Positions 1-14,800 of a DNA stretch of 64,000 nucleotides are shown here, in pieces. A program made the position numbers and the translations under genes. Every line of letters begins with the position of its first letter. Within the stretch, counting starts at the first letter, position 1. Origin of the DNA: Eledone cirrhosa. Taxonomy: Eukaryota. Where the stretch lies: the NCBI GenBank assembly GCA_964016885.1, contig OZ024742.1, forward strand, positions 373,922,001 through 373,986,000. The letters are read 5' to 3'. A model generated the notes under the pieces. It made no database searches. It was not told the DNA's origin and saw only the letters and a list, made by a program, of their open reading frames with translations.

Positions 1-1630
1 GCGCTTTTTGTCATGACACCAACACAGCCTCTTTACAGTGCGAACTGAGCACTTTTTGTCATGACACCAACACAACCTCTTTACAGTGTGGGCTGAGCAC
101 TTTTTGTAGTGACACTAATACAACCTCTTTACAGTGTGGACTGAGCACTTTTTGTCATCACACCAACACAACCTCTTTACAGTGTGGTCTGAGCACTTTT
201 TGTCATGACACTAACACAACCTCTTTACAGTGTGGACTGAGCGCTTTTTGTCATAACAGCAACACAACTTCTTTACAGTGTGGACTGAGCGCTTTTTGTC
301 ATGACAGCAACACAGCCTCTTTACAGTGTCAACTGGGCACTTTTTGTCATGATACCAACACAACCTATTTTCAGTGTGAACTGAGCACTTTTTGTCATGA
401 CACCAACAAAACCTCTTTACAGTGTGAACTGAGCACTTTTTGTTATCACACCTACACAACCTCTTTACATTGTGGACTGAGCACTTTTTGTCATGACACT
501 AACACAACCTCTTTACAGAGTGGAATGAGCGCTTTTTGTCATGACAGCAACACAACCTCTTTACAGTGTTGACTGAGCCTTTTTTGTCATGACACCAACA
601 CAACCTCGTTACAGTGTGAACTGAGCACTCTTTGTCATGACACCTACACAATCTCTTTACAATGTGAACTGAGCACTTTTTATTATGACATCAACAGGAC
701 CACTTTACAGTGTGGACTGAGCATTTTTTGTCATGACATCAACACAACCTCTTTACAGTGTGAACTGAGCGCTTTTTGTAGTGACACTAATACAACCTCT
801 TTACAGTGTGGACTGAGCACTTTTTGTCATCACACCAACACAACCTCTTTACAGTGTGGACTGAGCACTTTCTGTCATGACACCAACACAACCTCTTTAC
901 AGTGTGGACTGAGCGCTTTTTGTAGTGACACTAATACAACCTCTTTACAGTGTGGACTGAGGACTTTTTGTCATGATACCAACACAACCTCTTTACAGTG
1001 TGGACTGAGCACTTTCTGTCATGACATCAACACAACCTCTTTACAGTGTGAACTGAGCGCTTTTTGTAGTGACACTAATACAACCTCTTTACAGTGTGGA
1101 CTGAGGACTTTTTGTCATGATACCAACACAACCTCTTTACAGTGTGGACTGAGCACTTTCTGTCATGACACCAACACAACCTCTTTACAGTGTGGACTGA
1201 GCACTTTTTGTCATGTCACCAACACAACCTCTTTACAGTGTGAACTGAGCACTTTTTGTCATGACATCAACACAAACTCTTTACAGTGTGAACTGAGCAC
1301 TTTTTGTCATGACATCAACACAACCTCTTTACAGTGTGGACTGAGCACTTTTTGTCATGACATCGACACACCCTCTTTACAGTGTGAACTGAGCACTTTT
1401 TGTCATGATACCAACACAACCTCTTTACAGTGTGAACTGAGCACTTTTTGTCATGACACCAACACAACCTCTTTAAAGTGTGAACTGAGCACTTTTTGTC
1501 ATGACATCGACACACCCTCTTTAGAGTGTGGACTGAGCACTTTTTGTCATGACATCAACACAACCTCTTTACATTGTGAACTGAGCACTTTTTGTCATGA
1601 TACCAACACAACCTCTTTACAGTGTGGACT

Positions 1631-4600
1631 GAGCACTTTTTTTCATCACACCAACACAACCTCTTTACAGTGTAGACTGAACACTTTTAGTCATGACACC
1701 AACACAGCTTCTTTACAGTGTGAACTGAGCACTTTTTGTCATGACACCAACACAACCTCGATACAGTATGGTCTGAGCACTTTTTGTCATGACACCAACA
1801 CAACCTCGATACAGTGTGGACTGAGCACTTTTTGTCATGACACCAACACAGCCTGTTTACAGTGTGGACTGAGCGCTTTTTGTCATGACACCAACACAGC
1901 CTGTTTACAGTGTGAACTGAGCACTTTTTGTCACGACACCAACACAACCTCTTTACATTGTGAACTGAGCACTTTTTGTCATGATACCAACACAACGTCT
2001 TTACAGTGTGAACTGAGCACTTTTTGTCATGACATCAACACAACCTCTTTACAGTGAGAACTGAGCGCTTTTTGTAGTGACACTAATACAATCTCTTTAC
2101 AGTGTGAACTGAGCACTTTTTGTCATGACACTAACACATCTTTACAGTGTGGACTGAGCGCTTTTTGTCATGACAGCAACACAACTTCTTTACAGTGTGG
2201 ACTGAGCACTTTTTGTCATGACACCAACAAACTCTTTACAGTGTGGACTGAGCGCTTATTGTCATGACACCAAAACAACCTCTTTACAGTGTGAAATGAG
2301 CACTTTTTGTCATGATACCAACACAACCTCTTTTCAGCGTGAAATGAGCACTTTTTGTCATGACACCAACACAACCTCTTTACAGTGTGAACTGAGCACT
2401 TTTTGTCATGAAATCAACACAACCTCTTTACAGTGTGAACTAAGCGTTTTTGTAGTGACACTAATACCTCTTTACAGTGTGAACTGTGCACTTTTTGTCA
2501 TCACACCAACACAACCTCTTTACAGTGTTAACTGAGCACCTTTTGTCATGACACTAACACAACCTCTTTACAGTGTGAACTGAGCGCTTTTTGTCCTGAC
2601 AGTTACACAGCCTCTTTACAGTGTGGGATGAGCACTTTTTGTCATGACACCAACACAACCTCTTTACAATGTGGGCTGAGCACTTTTTGTCATGACACCA
2701 ACACAACCTCGATACAGTGTGGACTGAGCACTTTTTGTCATGACACCAACATAACCTCTTTACAGTGTGAACTGGGCACTTTTTGTCATGACATCAACAC
2801 AACTTCTTAACAGCGTGAACTGAGCGCTTTTTGTAGTGACACTAATACAATCTCTTTACAGTGTGAACTGAGCACTTTTTGTCATCACACCCACCAAAAC
2901 AACCTCTTGACAGTGTGGTCTGAGCACTTTTTGTCATGACACTAACACAACCTCTTTACAGTGAGAACTGAGCGCTTTTTGTAGTGACACTAATACAATC
3001 TCTTTACAGTGTGAACTGAGCACTTTTTGTCATGACACTAACACATCTTTACAGTGTGGACTGAGCGCTTTTTGTCATGACAGCAACAGAACTTCTTTAC
3101 AGTGTGGACTGAGCACTTTTTGTCATGACACCAACAAACTCTTTACAGTGTGGACTGAGCGCTTTTTGTCATGACACCAAAACAACCTCTTTACAGTGTG
3201 AAATGAGCACTTTTTGTCATGATACCAACACAACCTCTTTACAGTGTGAACTGAGCACTTTTTGTCATGAAATCAACACAACCTCTTTACAGTGTGAACT
3301 AAGCGTTTTTGTAGTGACACTAATACAACCTCTTTACAGTGTGAACTGAGCACTTTTTTTCATCACACCAACACAACCTCTTTACAGTGTAGACTGAACA
3401 CTTTTAGTCATGACACCAACACAGCTTCTTTACAGTGTGAACTGAGCACTTTTTGTCATGACACCAACACAACCTCGATACAGTATGGTCTGAGCACTTT
3501 TTGTCATGACACCAACACAACCTCGATACAGTGTGGACTGAGCGCTTTTTGTCATGACACCAACACAGCCTGTTTACAGTGTGAACTGAGCACTTTTTGT
3601 CACGACACCAACACAACCTCTTTAAATTGTGAACTGAGCACTTTTTGTCATGATACCAACACAACGTCTTTACAGTGTGAACTGAGCACTTTTTGTCATG
3701 ACATCAACACAACCTCTTTACAGTGAGAACTGAGCGCTTTTTGTAGTGACACTAATACAATCTCTTTACAGTGTGAACTGAGCACTTTTTGTCATGACAC
3801 TAACACATCTTTACAGTGTGGACTGAGCGCTTTTTGTCATGACAGCAACACAACTTCTTTACAGTGTGGACTGAGCACTTTTTGTCATGACACCAACAAA
3901 CTCTTTACAGTGTGGACTGAGCGCTTATTGTCATGACACCAAAACAACCTCTTTACAGTGTGAAATGAGCACTTTTTGTCATGATACCAACACAACCTCT
4001 TTTCAGCGTGAAATGAGCACTTTTTGTCATGACACCAACACAACCTCTTTACAGTGTGAACTGAGCACTTTTTGTCATGAAATCAACACAACCTCTTTAC
4101 AGTGTGAACTAAGCGTTTTTGTAGTGACACTAATACCTCTTTACAGTGTGAACTGTGCACTTTTTGTCATCACACCAACACAACCTCTTTACAGTGTTAA
4201 CTGAGCACCTTTTGTCATGACACTAACACAACCTCTTTACAGTGTGAACTGAGCGCTTTTTGTCCTGACAGTTACACAGCCTCTTTACAGTGTGGGATGA
4301 GCACTTTTTGTCATGACACCAACACAACCTCTTTACAATGTGGGCTGAGCACTTTTTGTCATGACACCAACACAACCTCGATACAGTGTGGACTGAGCAC
4401 TTTTTGTCATGACACCAACATAACCTCTTTACAGTGTGAACTGGGCACTTTTTGTCATGACATCAACACAACTTCTTAACAGCGTGAACTGAGCGCTTTT
4501 TGTAGTGACACTAATACAATCTCTTTACAGTGTGAACTGAGCACTTTTTGTCATCACACCCACCAAAACAACCTCTTGACAGTGTGGTCTGAGCACTTTT

Positions 4601-5027
4601 TGTCATGACACTAACACAACCTCTTTACAGTGAGAACTGAGCGCTTTTTGTAGTGACACTAATACAATCTCTTTACAGTGTGAACTGAGCACTTTTTGTC
4701 ATGACACTAACACATCTTTACAGTGTGGACTGAGCGCTTTTTGTCATGACAGCAACAGAACTTCTTTACAGTGTGGACTGAGCACTTTTTGTCATGACAC
4801 CAACAAACTCTTTACAGTGTGGACTGAGCGCTTTTTGTCATGACACCAAAACAACCTCTTTACAGTGTGAAATGAGCACTTTTTGTCATGACACCAACAC
4901 AACCTCTTTACAGTGTGAACTGAGCACTTTTTGTCATGAAATCAACACAACCTCTTTACAGTGTGAACTAAGCGTTTTTGTAGTGACACTAATACAACCT
5001 CTTTACAGTGTGAACTGAGCACTTTTT
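1631..5027. repeat. Nested tandem duplication, 1,669-bp period, inside the first 6.8-kb unit
   Basis: Identical ORF pairs 2218/3887, 2628/4297 and 3125/4794. The second copy lacks one monomer near its start (ORF of 102 aa vs 86 aa). Confidence 0.9.
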
Positions 5028-8000
5028 GTCATCACACCAACACAACCTCTTTACAGTGTTAACTAAGCACTTTTTGTCATGACACTAACACAACCTCTTT
5101 ACAGTGTGAACTGAGCGCTTTTTGTCCTGACAGGAACACAGCCTCTTTACAGTGTGGGATGAGCACTTTTTGTCATGACACCAACACAACCTCTTTACAA
5201 TGTGGGCTGAGCACTTTTTGTCATGACACCAACACAACCTCGATACAGTGTGGACTGAGCACTTTTTGTCATGACACCAACACAACCTCTTTACAGTGTG
5301 AACTGAGCACTTTTTGTCATGACATCAACACAACTTCTTTACAGCGTGAACTGAGCGCTTTTTGTAGTGACACTAATACAATCTATTTACAGTGTGAACT
5401 GAGCACTTTTTGTCATCACACCCACCAAAACAACCTCTTTACAGTGTGGTCTGAGCACTTTTTGTCATGACACTAACACAACCTCTTTACAGTGTGGACT
5501 GAGCGCTTTTTGTCATGACAGCAACACAACTTCTTTACAGTGTGGACTGAGCGCTTTTTGTCATGACAGCAACACAACCTCTTTACAGTGTAGACTGAGC
5601 ACTTTTTGTCATGACACCAACACAGCCTCTTTACAGTGTGAACTGAGCACTATTTGTCATGATACCAACACAATCTCTTTACAATGTGAATTGAGTACTT
5701 TTTATCATGACATCAACAGGACCACTTTACAGTGTGGACTGAGCACTTTTTGTCATGACACCAACACAACCTCGTTACAGTGTGAACTGAGCACTATTTG
5801 TCATGACACCAAAACAATCACTTTACAATGTGAACTGAGCACTTTTTATCATGACATCAACAGTACCACTTTACAGTGTGGAGTGAGCACTTTTTGTCAT
5901 GACAAAAACACAACCTCTTTACAGTGTGGACTGAGCGCTTTTTGTCATGACACCAACACAGCCTCTTTACAGTGTGAACTGAGCACTTTTTGTCATGACA
6001 CCAACACGACCTCTTTACAGTGTGGGCTGAGCACTTTTTGTCATGACACCAACACAACCTCTTTACAGTGTGAACTGAGCACTTTTTGTCATGACACCAA
6101 CACAACCTCTTTACATTGTGAACTGAGCACTTTTTGTCATGATACCAACATAACCTCTTTACAGTGTGAACTGAGCACTTTTTGCAGTGACACTAATACA
6201 ACCTCTTTACAGTGTGGACTGAGCACTTTTTGTCATGACATCAACACAACCTCTTTACAGTGTGAACTGAGCGCTTTTTGTAGTGACACTAATACAACCT
6301 CTTTACAGTGTGGACTGAGCACTTTTTGTCATCACACCAACACAACCTCTTTACAGTGTGGACTGAGCACTTTTTGTCATGATACCAACACAACCTCTTT
6401 ACAGTGTGGACTGAGCACTTTCTGTCATGACACCAACACAACCTCTTTACAGTGTGGACTGAGCACTTTTTGTCATGACACCAACACAACCTCTTTACAG
6501 TGTGAACTGAGCACTTTTTGTAGTGACACTAACACAACCTCTTTACAGTGTGATCTAAGCACTTTTTGTCATGACATCGACACACCCTCTTTACAGTGTG
6601 GGCTGAGCATTTTTTGTCATGACATCGACACACCCTCTTTACAGTGTGGACTGAGCACTTTTTATCATGACATCAACACAACCTCTTTACATTGTGAACT
6701 GAGCACTTTTTGTCATGATACCAACACAACCTCTTTACAGTGTCAACTGAGCACTTTTTGTCATGACACCAACACAGCCTCTTTACAGTGTAGACTGAAC
6801 ACTTTTTGTCATGATACCAACACAACCTCTTTACAGTGTGAAGTGAGCGCTTTTTGTAGTGACACTAATACAACCTCTTTACAGTGTGAAATGAGCACTT
6901 TTTTTCATTACACCAACACAACCTCTTTACAGTGTAGACTGAGCACTTTTAGTCATGACACCAACACAGCTTCTTTACAGTGTGAACTGAGCACTTTTTG
7001 TCATGACACCAACACAACCTCAATACAGTATGGTCTGAGCACTTTTTGTCATGACACCAACACAACCTCGATACAGTGTGGACTGAGCACTTTTTGTCAT
7101 GACACCAACACAGCCTGTTTACAGTGTGAACTGAGCACTTTTTGCCACGACACCAACACAACCTCTTTACATTGTGAACTGAGCACTTTTTGTCATGATA
7201 CCAACACAACGTCTTTACAGTGTGAACTGAGCACTTTTTGTCATGACACCAACAAAACCTCTTTACAGTGTGAACTGAGCACTTTTTGTTATCACACCTA
7301 CACAACCTCTTTACATTGTGGACTGAGCACTTTTTGTCATGACACTAACACAACCTCTTTACAGAGTGGAATGAGCGCTTTTTGTCATGACAGCAACACA
7401 ACCTCTTTACAGTGTTGACTGAGCCTTTTTTGTCATGACACCAACACAACCTCGTTACAGTGTGAACTGAGCACTCTTTGTCATGACACCTACACAATCT
7501 CTTTACAATGTGAACTGAGCACTTTTTATTATGACATCAACAGGACCACTTTACAGTGTGGACTGAGCATTTTTTGTCATGACATCAACACAACCTCTTT
7601 ACAGTGTGAACTGAGCGCTTTTTGTAGTGACACTAATACAACCTCTTTACAGTGTGGACTGAGCACTTTTTGTCATCACACCAACACAACCTCTTTACAG
7701 TGTGGACTGAGCACTTTCTGTCATGACACCAACACAACCTCTTTACAGTGTGGACTGAGCGCTTTTTGTAGTGACACTAATACAACCTCTTTACAGTGTG
7801 GACTGAGGACTTTTTGTCATGATACCAACACAACCTCTTTACAGTGTGGACTGAGCACTTTCTGTCATGACATCAACACAACCTCTTTACAGTGTGAACT
7901 GAGCGCTTTTTGTAGTGACACTAATACAACCTCTTTACAGTGTGGACTGAGGACTTTTTGTCATGATACCAACACAACCTCTTTACAGTGTGGACTGAGC

Positions 8001-8476
8001 ACTTTCTGTCATGACACCAACACAACCTCTTTACAGTGTGGACTGAGCACTTTTTGTCATGTCACCAACACAACCTCTTTACAGTGTGAACTGAGCACTT
8101 TTTGTCATGACATCAACACAAACTCTTTACAGTGTGAACTGAGCACTTTTTGTCATGACATCAACACAACCTCTTTACAGTGTGGACTGAGCACTTTTTG
8201 TCATGACATCGACACACCCTCTTTACAGTGTGAACTGAGCACTTTTTGTCATGATACCAACACAACCTCTTTACAGTGTGAACTGAGCACTTTTTGTCAT
8301 GACACCAACACAACCTCTTTAAAGTGTGAACTGAGCACTTTTTGTCATGACATCGACACACCCTCTTTAGAGTGTGGACTGAGCACTTTTTGTCATGACA
8401 TCAACACAACCTCTTTACATTGTGAACTGAGCACTTTTTGTCATGATACCAACACAACCTCTTTACAGTGTGGACT

Positions 8477-11400
8477 GAGCACTTTTTTTCATCACACCAA
8501 CACAACCTCTTTACAGTGTAGACTGAACACTTTTAGTCATGACACCAACACAGCTTCTTTACAGTGTGAACTGAGCACTTTTTGTCATGACACCAACACA
8601 ACCTCGATACAGTATGGTCTGAGCACTTTTTGTCATGACACCAACACAACCTCGATACAGTGTGGACTGAGCACTTTTTGTCATGACACCAACACAGCCT
8701 GTTTACAGTGTGGACTGAGCGCTTTTTGTCATGACACCAACACAGCCTGTTTACAGTGTGAACTGAGCACTTTTTGTCACGACACCAACACAACCTCTTT
8801 ACATTGTGAACTGAGCACTTTTTGTCATGATACCAACACAACGTCTTTACAGTGTGAACTGAGCACTTTTTGTCATGACATCAACACAACCTCTTTACAG
8901 TGAGAACTGAGCGCTTTTTGTAGTGACACTAATACAATCTCTTTACAGTGTGAACTGAGCACTTTTTGTCATGACACTAACACATCTTTACAGTGTGGAC
9001 TGAGCGCTTTTTGTCATGACAGCAACACAACTTCTTTACAGTGTGGACTGAGCACTTTTTGTCATGACACCAACAAACTCTTTACAGTGTGGACTGAGCG
9101 CTTATTGTCATGACACCAAAACAACCTCTTTACAGTGTGAAATGAGCACTTTTTGTCATGATACCAACACAACCTCTTTTCAGCGTGAAATGAGCACTTT
9201 TTGTCATGACACCAACACAACCTCTTTACAGTGTGAACTGAGCACTTTTTGTCATGAAATCAACACAACCTCTTTACAGTGTGAACTAAGCGTTTTTGTA
9301 GTGACACTAATACCTCTTTACAGTGTGAACTGTGCACTTTTTGTCATCACACCAACACAACCTCTTTACAGTGTTAACTGAGCACCTTTTGTCATGACAC
9401 TAACACAACCTCTTTACAGTGTGAACTGAGCGCTTTTTGTCCTGACAGTTACACAGCCTCTTTACAGTGTGGGATGAGCACTTTTTGTCATGACACCAAC
9501 ACAACCTCTTTACAATGTGGGCTGAGCACTTTTTGTCATGACACCAACACAACCTCGATACAGTGTGGACTGAGCACTTTTTGTCATGACACCAACATAA
9601 CCTCTTTACAGTGTGAACTGGGCACTTTTTGTCATGACATCAACACAACTTCTTAACAGCGTGAACTGAGCGCTTTTTGTAGTGACACTAATACAATCTC
9701 TTTACAGTGTGAACTGAGCACTTTTTGTCATCACACCCACCAAAACAACCTCTTGACAGTGTGGTCTGAGCACTTTTTGTCATGACACTAACACAACCTC
9801 TTTACAGTGAGAACTGAGCGCTTTTTGTAGTGACACTAATACAATCTCTTTACAGTGTGAACTGAGCACTTTTTGTCATGACACTAACACATCTTTACAG
9901 TGTGGACTGAGCGCTTTTTGTCATGACAGCAACAGAACTTCTTTACAGTGTGGACTGAGCACTTTTTGTCATGACACCAACAAACTCTTTACAGTGTGGA
10001 CTGAGCGCTTTTTGTCATGACACCAAAACAACCTCTTTACAGTGTGAAATGAGCACTTTTTGTCATGATACCAACACAACCTCTTTACAGTGTGAACTGA
10101 GCACTTTTTGTCATGAAATCAACACAACCTCTTTACAGTGTGAACTAAGCGTTTTTGTAGTGACACTAATACAACCTCTTTACAGTGTGAACTGAGCACT
10201 TTTTTTCATCACACCAACACAACCTCTTTACAGTGTAGACTGAACACTTTTAGTCATGACACCAACACAGCTTCTTTACAGTGTGAACTGAGCACTTTTT
10301 GTCATGACACCAACACAACCTCGATACAGTATGGTCTGAGCACTTTTTGTCATGACACCAACACAACCTCGATACAGTGTGGACTGAGCGCTTTTTGTCA
10401 TGACACCAACACAGCCTGTTTACAGTGTGAACTGAGCACTTTTTGTCACGACACCAACACAACCTCTTTAAATTGTGAACTGAGCACTTTTTGTCATGAT
10501 ACCAACACAACGTCTTTACAGTGTGAACTGAGCACTTTTTGTCATGACATCAACACAACCTCTTTACAGTGAGAACTGAGCGCTTTTTGTAGTGACACTA
10601 ATACAATCTCTTTACAGTGTGAACTGAGCACTTTTTGTCATGACACTAACACATCTTTACAGTGTGGACTGAGCGCTTTTTGTCATGACAGCAACACAAC
10701 TTCTTTACAGTGTGGACTGAGCACTTTTTGTCATGACACCAACAAACTCTTTACAGTGTGGACTGAGCGCTTATTGTCATGACACCAAAACAACCTCTTT
10801 ACAGTGTGAAATGAGCACTTTTTGTCATGATACCAACACAACCTCTTTTCAGCGTGAAATGAGCACTTTTTGTCATGACACCAACACAACCTCTTTACAG
10901 TGTGAACTGAGCACTTTTTGTCATGAAATCAACACAACCTCTTTACAGTGTGAACTAAGCGTTTTTGTAGTGACACTAATACCTCTTTACAGTGTGAACT
11001 GTGCACTTTTTGTCATCACACCAACACAACCTCTTTACAGTGTTAACTGAGCACCTTTTGTCATGACACTAACACAACCTCTTTACAGTGTGAACTGAGC
11101 GCTTTTTGTCCTGACAGTTACACAGCCTCTTTACAGTGTGGGATGAGCACTTTTTGTCATGACACCAACACAACCTCTTTACAATGTGGGCTGAGCACTT
11201 TTTGTCATGACACCAACACAACCTCGATACAGTGTGGACTGAGCACTTTTTGTCATGACACCAACATAACCTCTTTACAGTGTGAACTGGGCACTTTTTG
11301 TCATGACATCAACACAACTTCTTAACAGCGTGAACTGAGCGCTTTTTGTAGTGACACTAATACAATCTCTTTACAGTGTGAACTGAGCACTTTTTGTCAT

Positions 11401-11873
11401 CACACCCACCAAAACAACCTCTTGACAGTGTGGTCTGAGCACTTTTTGTCATGACACTAACACAACCTCTTTACAGTGAGAACTGAGCGCTTTTTGTAGT
11501 GACACTAATACAATCTCTTTACAGTGTGAACTGAGCACTTTTTGTCATGACACTAACACATCTTTACAGTGTGGACTGAGCGCTTTTTGTCATGACAGCA
11601 ACAGAACTTCTTTACAGTGTGGACTGAGCACTTTTTGTCATGACACCAACAAACTCTTTACAGTGTGGACTGAGCGCTTTTTGTCATGACACCAAAACAA
11701 CCTCTTTACAGTGTGAAATGAGCACTTTTTGTCATGACACCAACACAACCTCTTTACAGTGTGAACTGAGCACTTTTTGTCATGAAATCAACACAACCTC
11801 TTTACAGTGTGAACTAAGCGTTTTTGTAGTGACACTAATACAACCTCTTTACAGTGTGAACTGAGCACTTTTT
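8477..11873. repeat. Nested tandem duplication, 1,669-bp period, inside the second 6.8-kb unit
   Basis: Identical ORF pairs 9064/10733, 9474/11143 and 9971/11640. Confidence 0.9.
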
Positions 11874-14800
11874 GTCATCACACCAACACAACCTCTTTAC
11901 AGTGTTAACTAAGCACTTTTTGTCATGACACTAACACAACCTCTTTACAGTGTGAACTGAGCGCTTTTTGTCCTGACAGGAACACAGCCTCTTTACAGTG
12001 TGGGATGAGCACTTTTTGTCATGACACCAACACAACCTCTTTACAATGTGGGCTGAGCACTTTTTGTCATGACACCAACACAACCTCGATACAGTGTGGA
12101 CTGAGCACTTTTTGTCATGACACCAACACAACCTCTTTACAGTGTGAACTGAGCACTTTTTGTCATGACATCAACACAACTTCTTTACAGCGTGAACTGA
12201 GCGCTTTTTGTAGTGACACTAATACAATCTATTTACAGTGTGAACTGAGCACTTTTTGTCATCACACCCACCAAAACAACCTCTTTACAGTGTGGTCTGA
12301 GCACTTTTTGTCATGACACTAACACAACCTCTTTACAGTGTGGACTGAGCGCTTTTTGTCATGACAGCAACACAACTTCTTTACAGTGTGGACTGAGCGC
12401 TTTTTGTCATGACAGCAACACAACCTCTTTACAGTGTAGACTGAGCACTTTTTGTCATGACACCAACACAGCCTCTTTACAGTGTGAACTGAGCACTATT
12501 TGTCATGATACCAACACAATCTCTTTACAATGTGAATTGAGTACTTTTTATCATGACATCAACAGGACCACTTTACAGTGTGGACTGAGCACTTTTTGTC
12601 ATGACACCAACACAACCTCGTTACAGTGTGAACTGAGCACTATTTGTCATGACACCAAAACAATCACTTTACAATGTGAACTGAGCACTTTTTATCATGA
12701 CATCAACAGTACCACTTTACAGTGTGGAGTGAGCACTTTTTGTCATGACAAAAACACAACCTCTTTACAGTGTGGACTGAGCGCTTTTTGTCATGACACC
12801 AACACAGCCTCTTTACAGTGTGAACTGAGCACTTTTTGTCATGACACCAACACGACCTCTTTACAGTGTGGGCTGAGCACTTTTTGTCATGACACCAACA
12901 CAACCTCTTTACAGTGTGAACTGAGCACTTTTTGTCATGACACCAACACAACCTCTTTACATTGTGAACTGAGCACTTTTTGTCATGATACCAACATAAC
13001 CTCTTTACAGTGTGAACTGAGCACTTTTTGCAGTGACACTAATACAACCTCTTTACAGTGTGGACTGAGCACTTTTTGTCATGACATCAACACAACCTCT
13101 TTACAGTGTGAACTGAGCGCTTTTTGTAGTGACACTAATACAACCTCTTTACAGTGTGGACTGAGCACTTTTTGTCATCACACCAACACAACCTCTTTAC
13201 AGTGTGGACTGAGCACTTTTTGTCATGATACCAACACAACCTCTTTACAGTGTGGACTGAGCACTTTCTGTCATGACACCAACACAACCTCTTTACAGTG
13301 TGGACTGAGCACTTTTTGTCATGACACCAACACAACCTCTTTACAGTGTGAACTGAGCACTTTTTGTAGTGACACTAACACAACCTCTTTACAGTGTGAT
13401 CTAAGCACTTTTTGTCATGACATCGACACACCCTCTTTACAGTGTGGGCTGAGCATTTTTTGTCATGACATCGACACACCCTCTTTACAGTGTGGACTGA
13501 GCACTTTTTATCATGACATCAACACAACCTCTTTACATTGTGAACTGAGCACTTTTTGTCATGATACCAACACAACCTCTTTACAGTGTCAACTGAGCAC
13601 TTTTTGTCATGACACCAACACAGCCTCTTTACAGTGTAGACTGAACACTTTTTGTCATGATACCAACACAACCTCTTTACAGTGTGAAGTGAGCGCTTTT
13701 TGTAGTGACACTAATACAACCTCTTTACAGTGTGAAATGAGCACTTTTTTTCATTACACCAACACAACCTCTTTACAGTGTAGACTGAGCACTTTTAGTC
13801 ATGACACCAACACAGCTTCTTTACAGTGTGAACTGAGCACTTTTTGTCATGACACCAACACAACCTCAATACAGTATGGTCTGAGCACTTTTTGTCATGA
13901 CACCAACACAACCTCGATACAGTGTGGACTGAGCACTTTTTGTCATGACACCAACACAGCCTGTTTACAGTGTGAACTGAGCACTTTTTGCCACGACACC
14001 AACACAACCTCTTTACATTGTGAACTGAGCACTTTTTGTCATGATACCAACACAACGTCTTTACAGTGTGAACTGAGCACTTTTTGTCATGACATCAACA
14101 CAACCTCTTTACAGTGAGAACTGAGCGCTTTTTGTAGTGACACTAATACAATCTCTTTACAGTTTGAACTGAGCACTTTTTGTCATGACACTAACACATC
14201 TTTACAGTGTGGACTGAGCGCTTTTTGTCATGACAGCAACACAACTTCTTTACGGTGTGGACTGAGCACTTTTTGTCATGACACCAACAAACTCTTTACA
14301 GTGTGGACTGAGCGCTTTTTGTCATGACACTAAAACAACCTCTTTACAGTGTGAAATGAGCACTTTTTGTCATGATACCAACACAACCTCTTTTCAGCGT
14401 GAAATGAGCACTTTTTGTCATGACACCAACACAACCTCTTTACAGTGTGAACTGAGCACTTTTTGTCATGAAATCAACACAACCTCTTTACAGTGTGAAC
14501 TAAGCGTTTTTGTAGTGACACTAATACAACCTCTTTACAGTGTGAACTGTGCACTTTTTGTCATCACACCAACACAACCTCTTTACAGTGTTAACTGAGC
14601 ACTTTTTGTCATGACACTAACACAACCTCTTTACAGTGTGAACTGAGCGCTTTTTGTCATGACACCAACACAACCTCTTTACAATGTGGGCTGAGCACTT
14701 TTTGTCATGACACCAACACAACCTCTTTACAGTGTGAACTGGGCACTTTTTGTCATGACATCAACACAACTTCTTTACAGCGTGAACTGAGCACTTTTTG

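Larger units (their letters stand above)
372..14094. repeat. Tandem duplication with 6,846-bp period (copies ~372-7217 and ~7218-14063)
   Basis: Matching ORFs at a constant offset of 6846: 1315/8161, 1687/8533, 2218/9064, 5159/12005, 5691/12537. Rare variants recur at the same offset, e.g. TTTTTGTCATGACAAAAA at 5891 and 12737. Confidence 0.93.
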
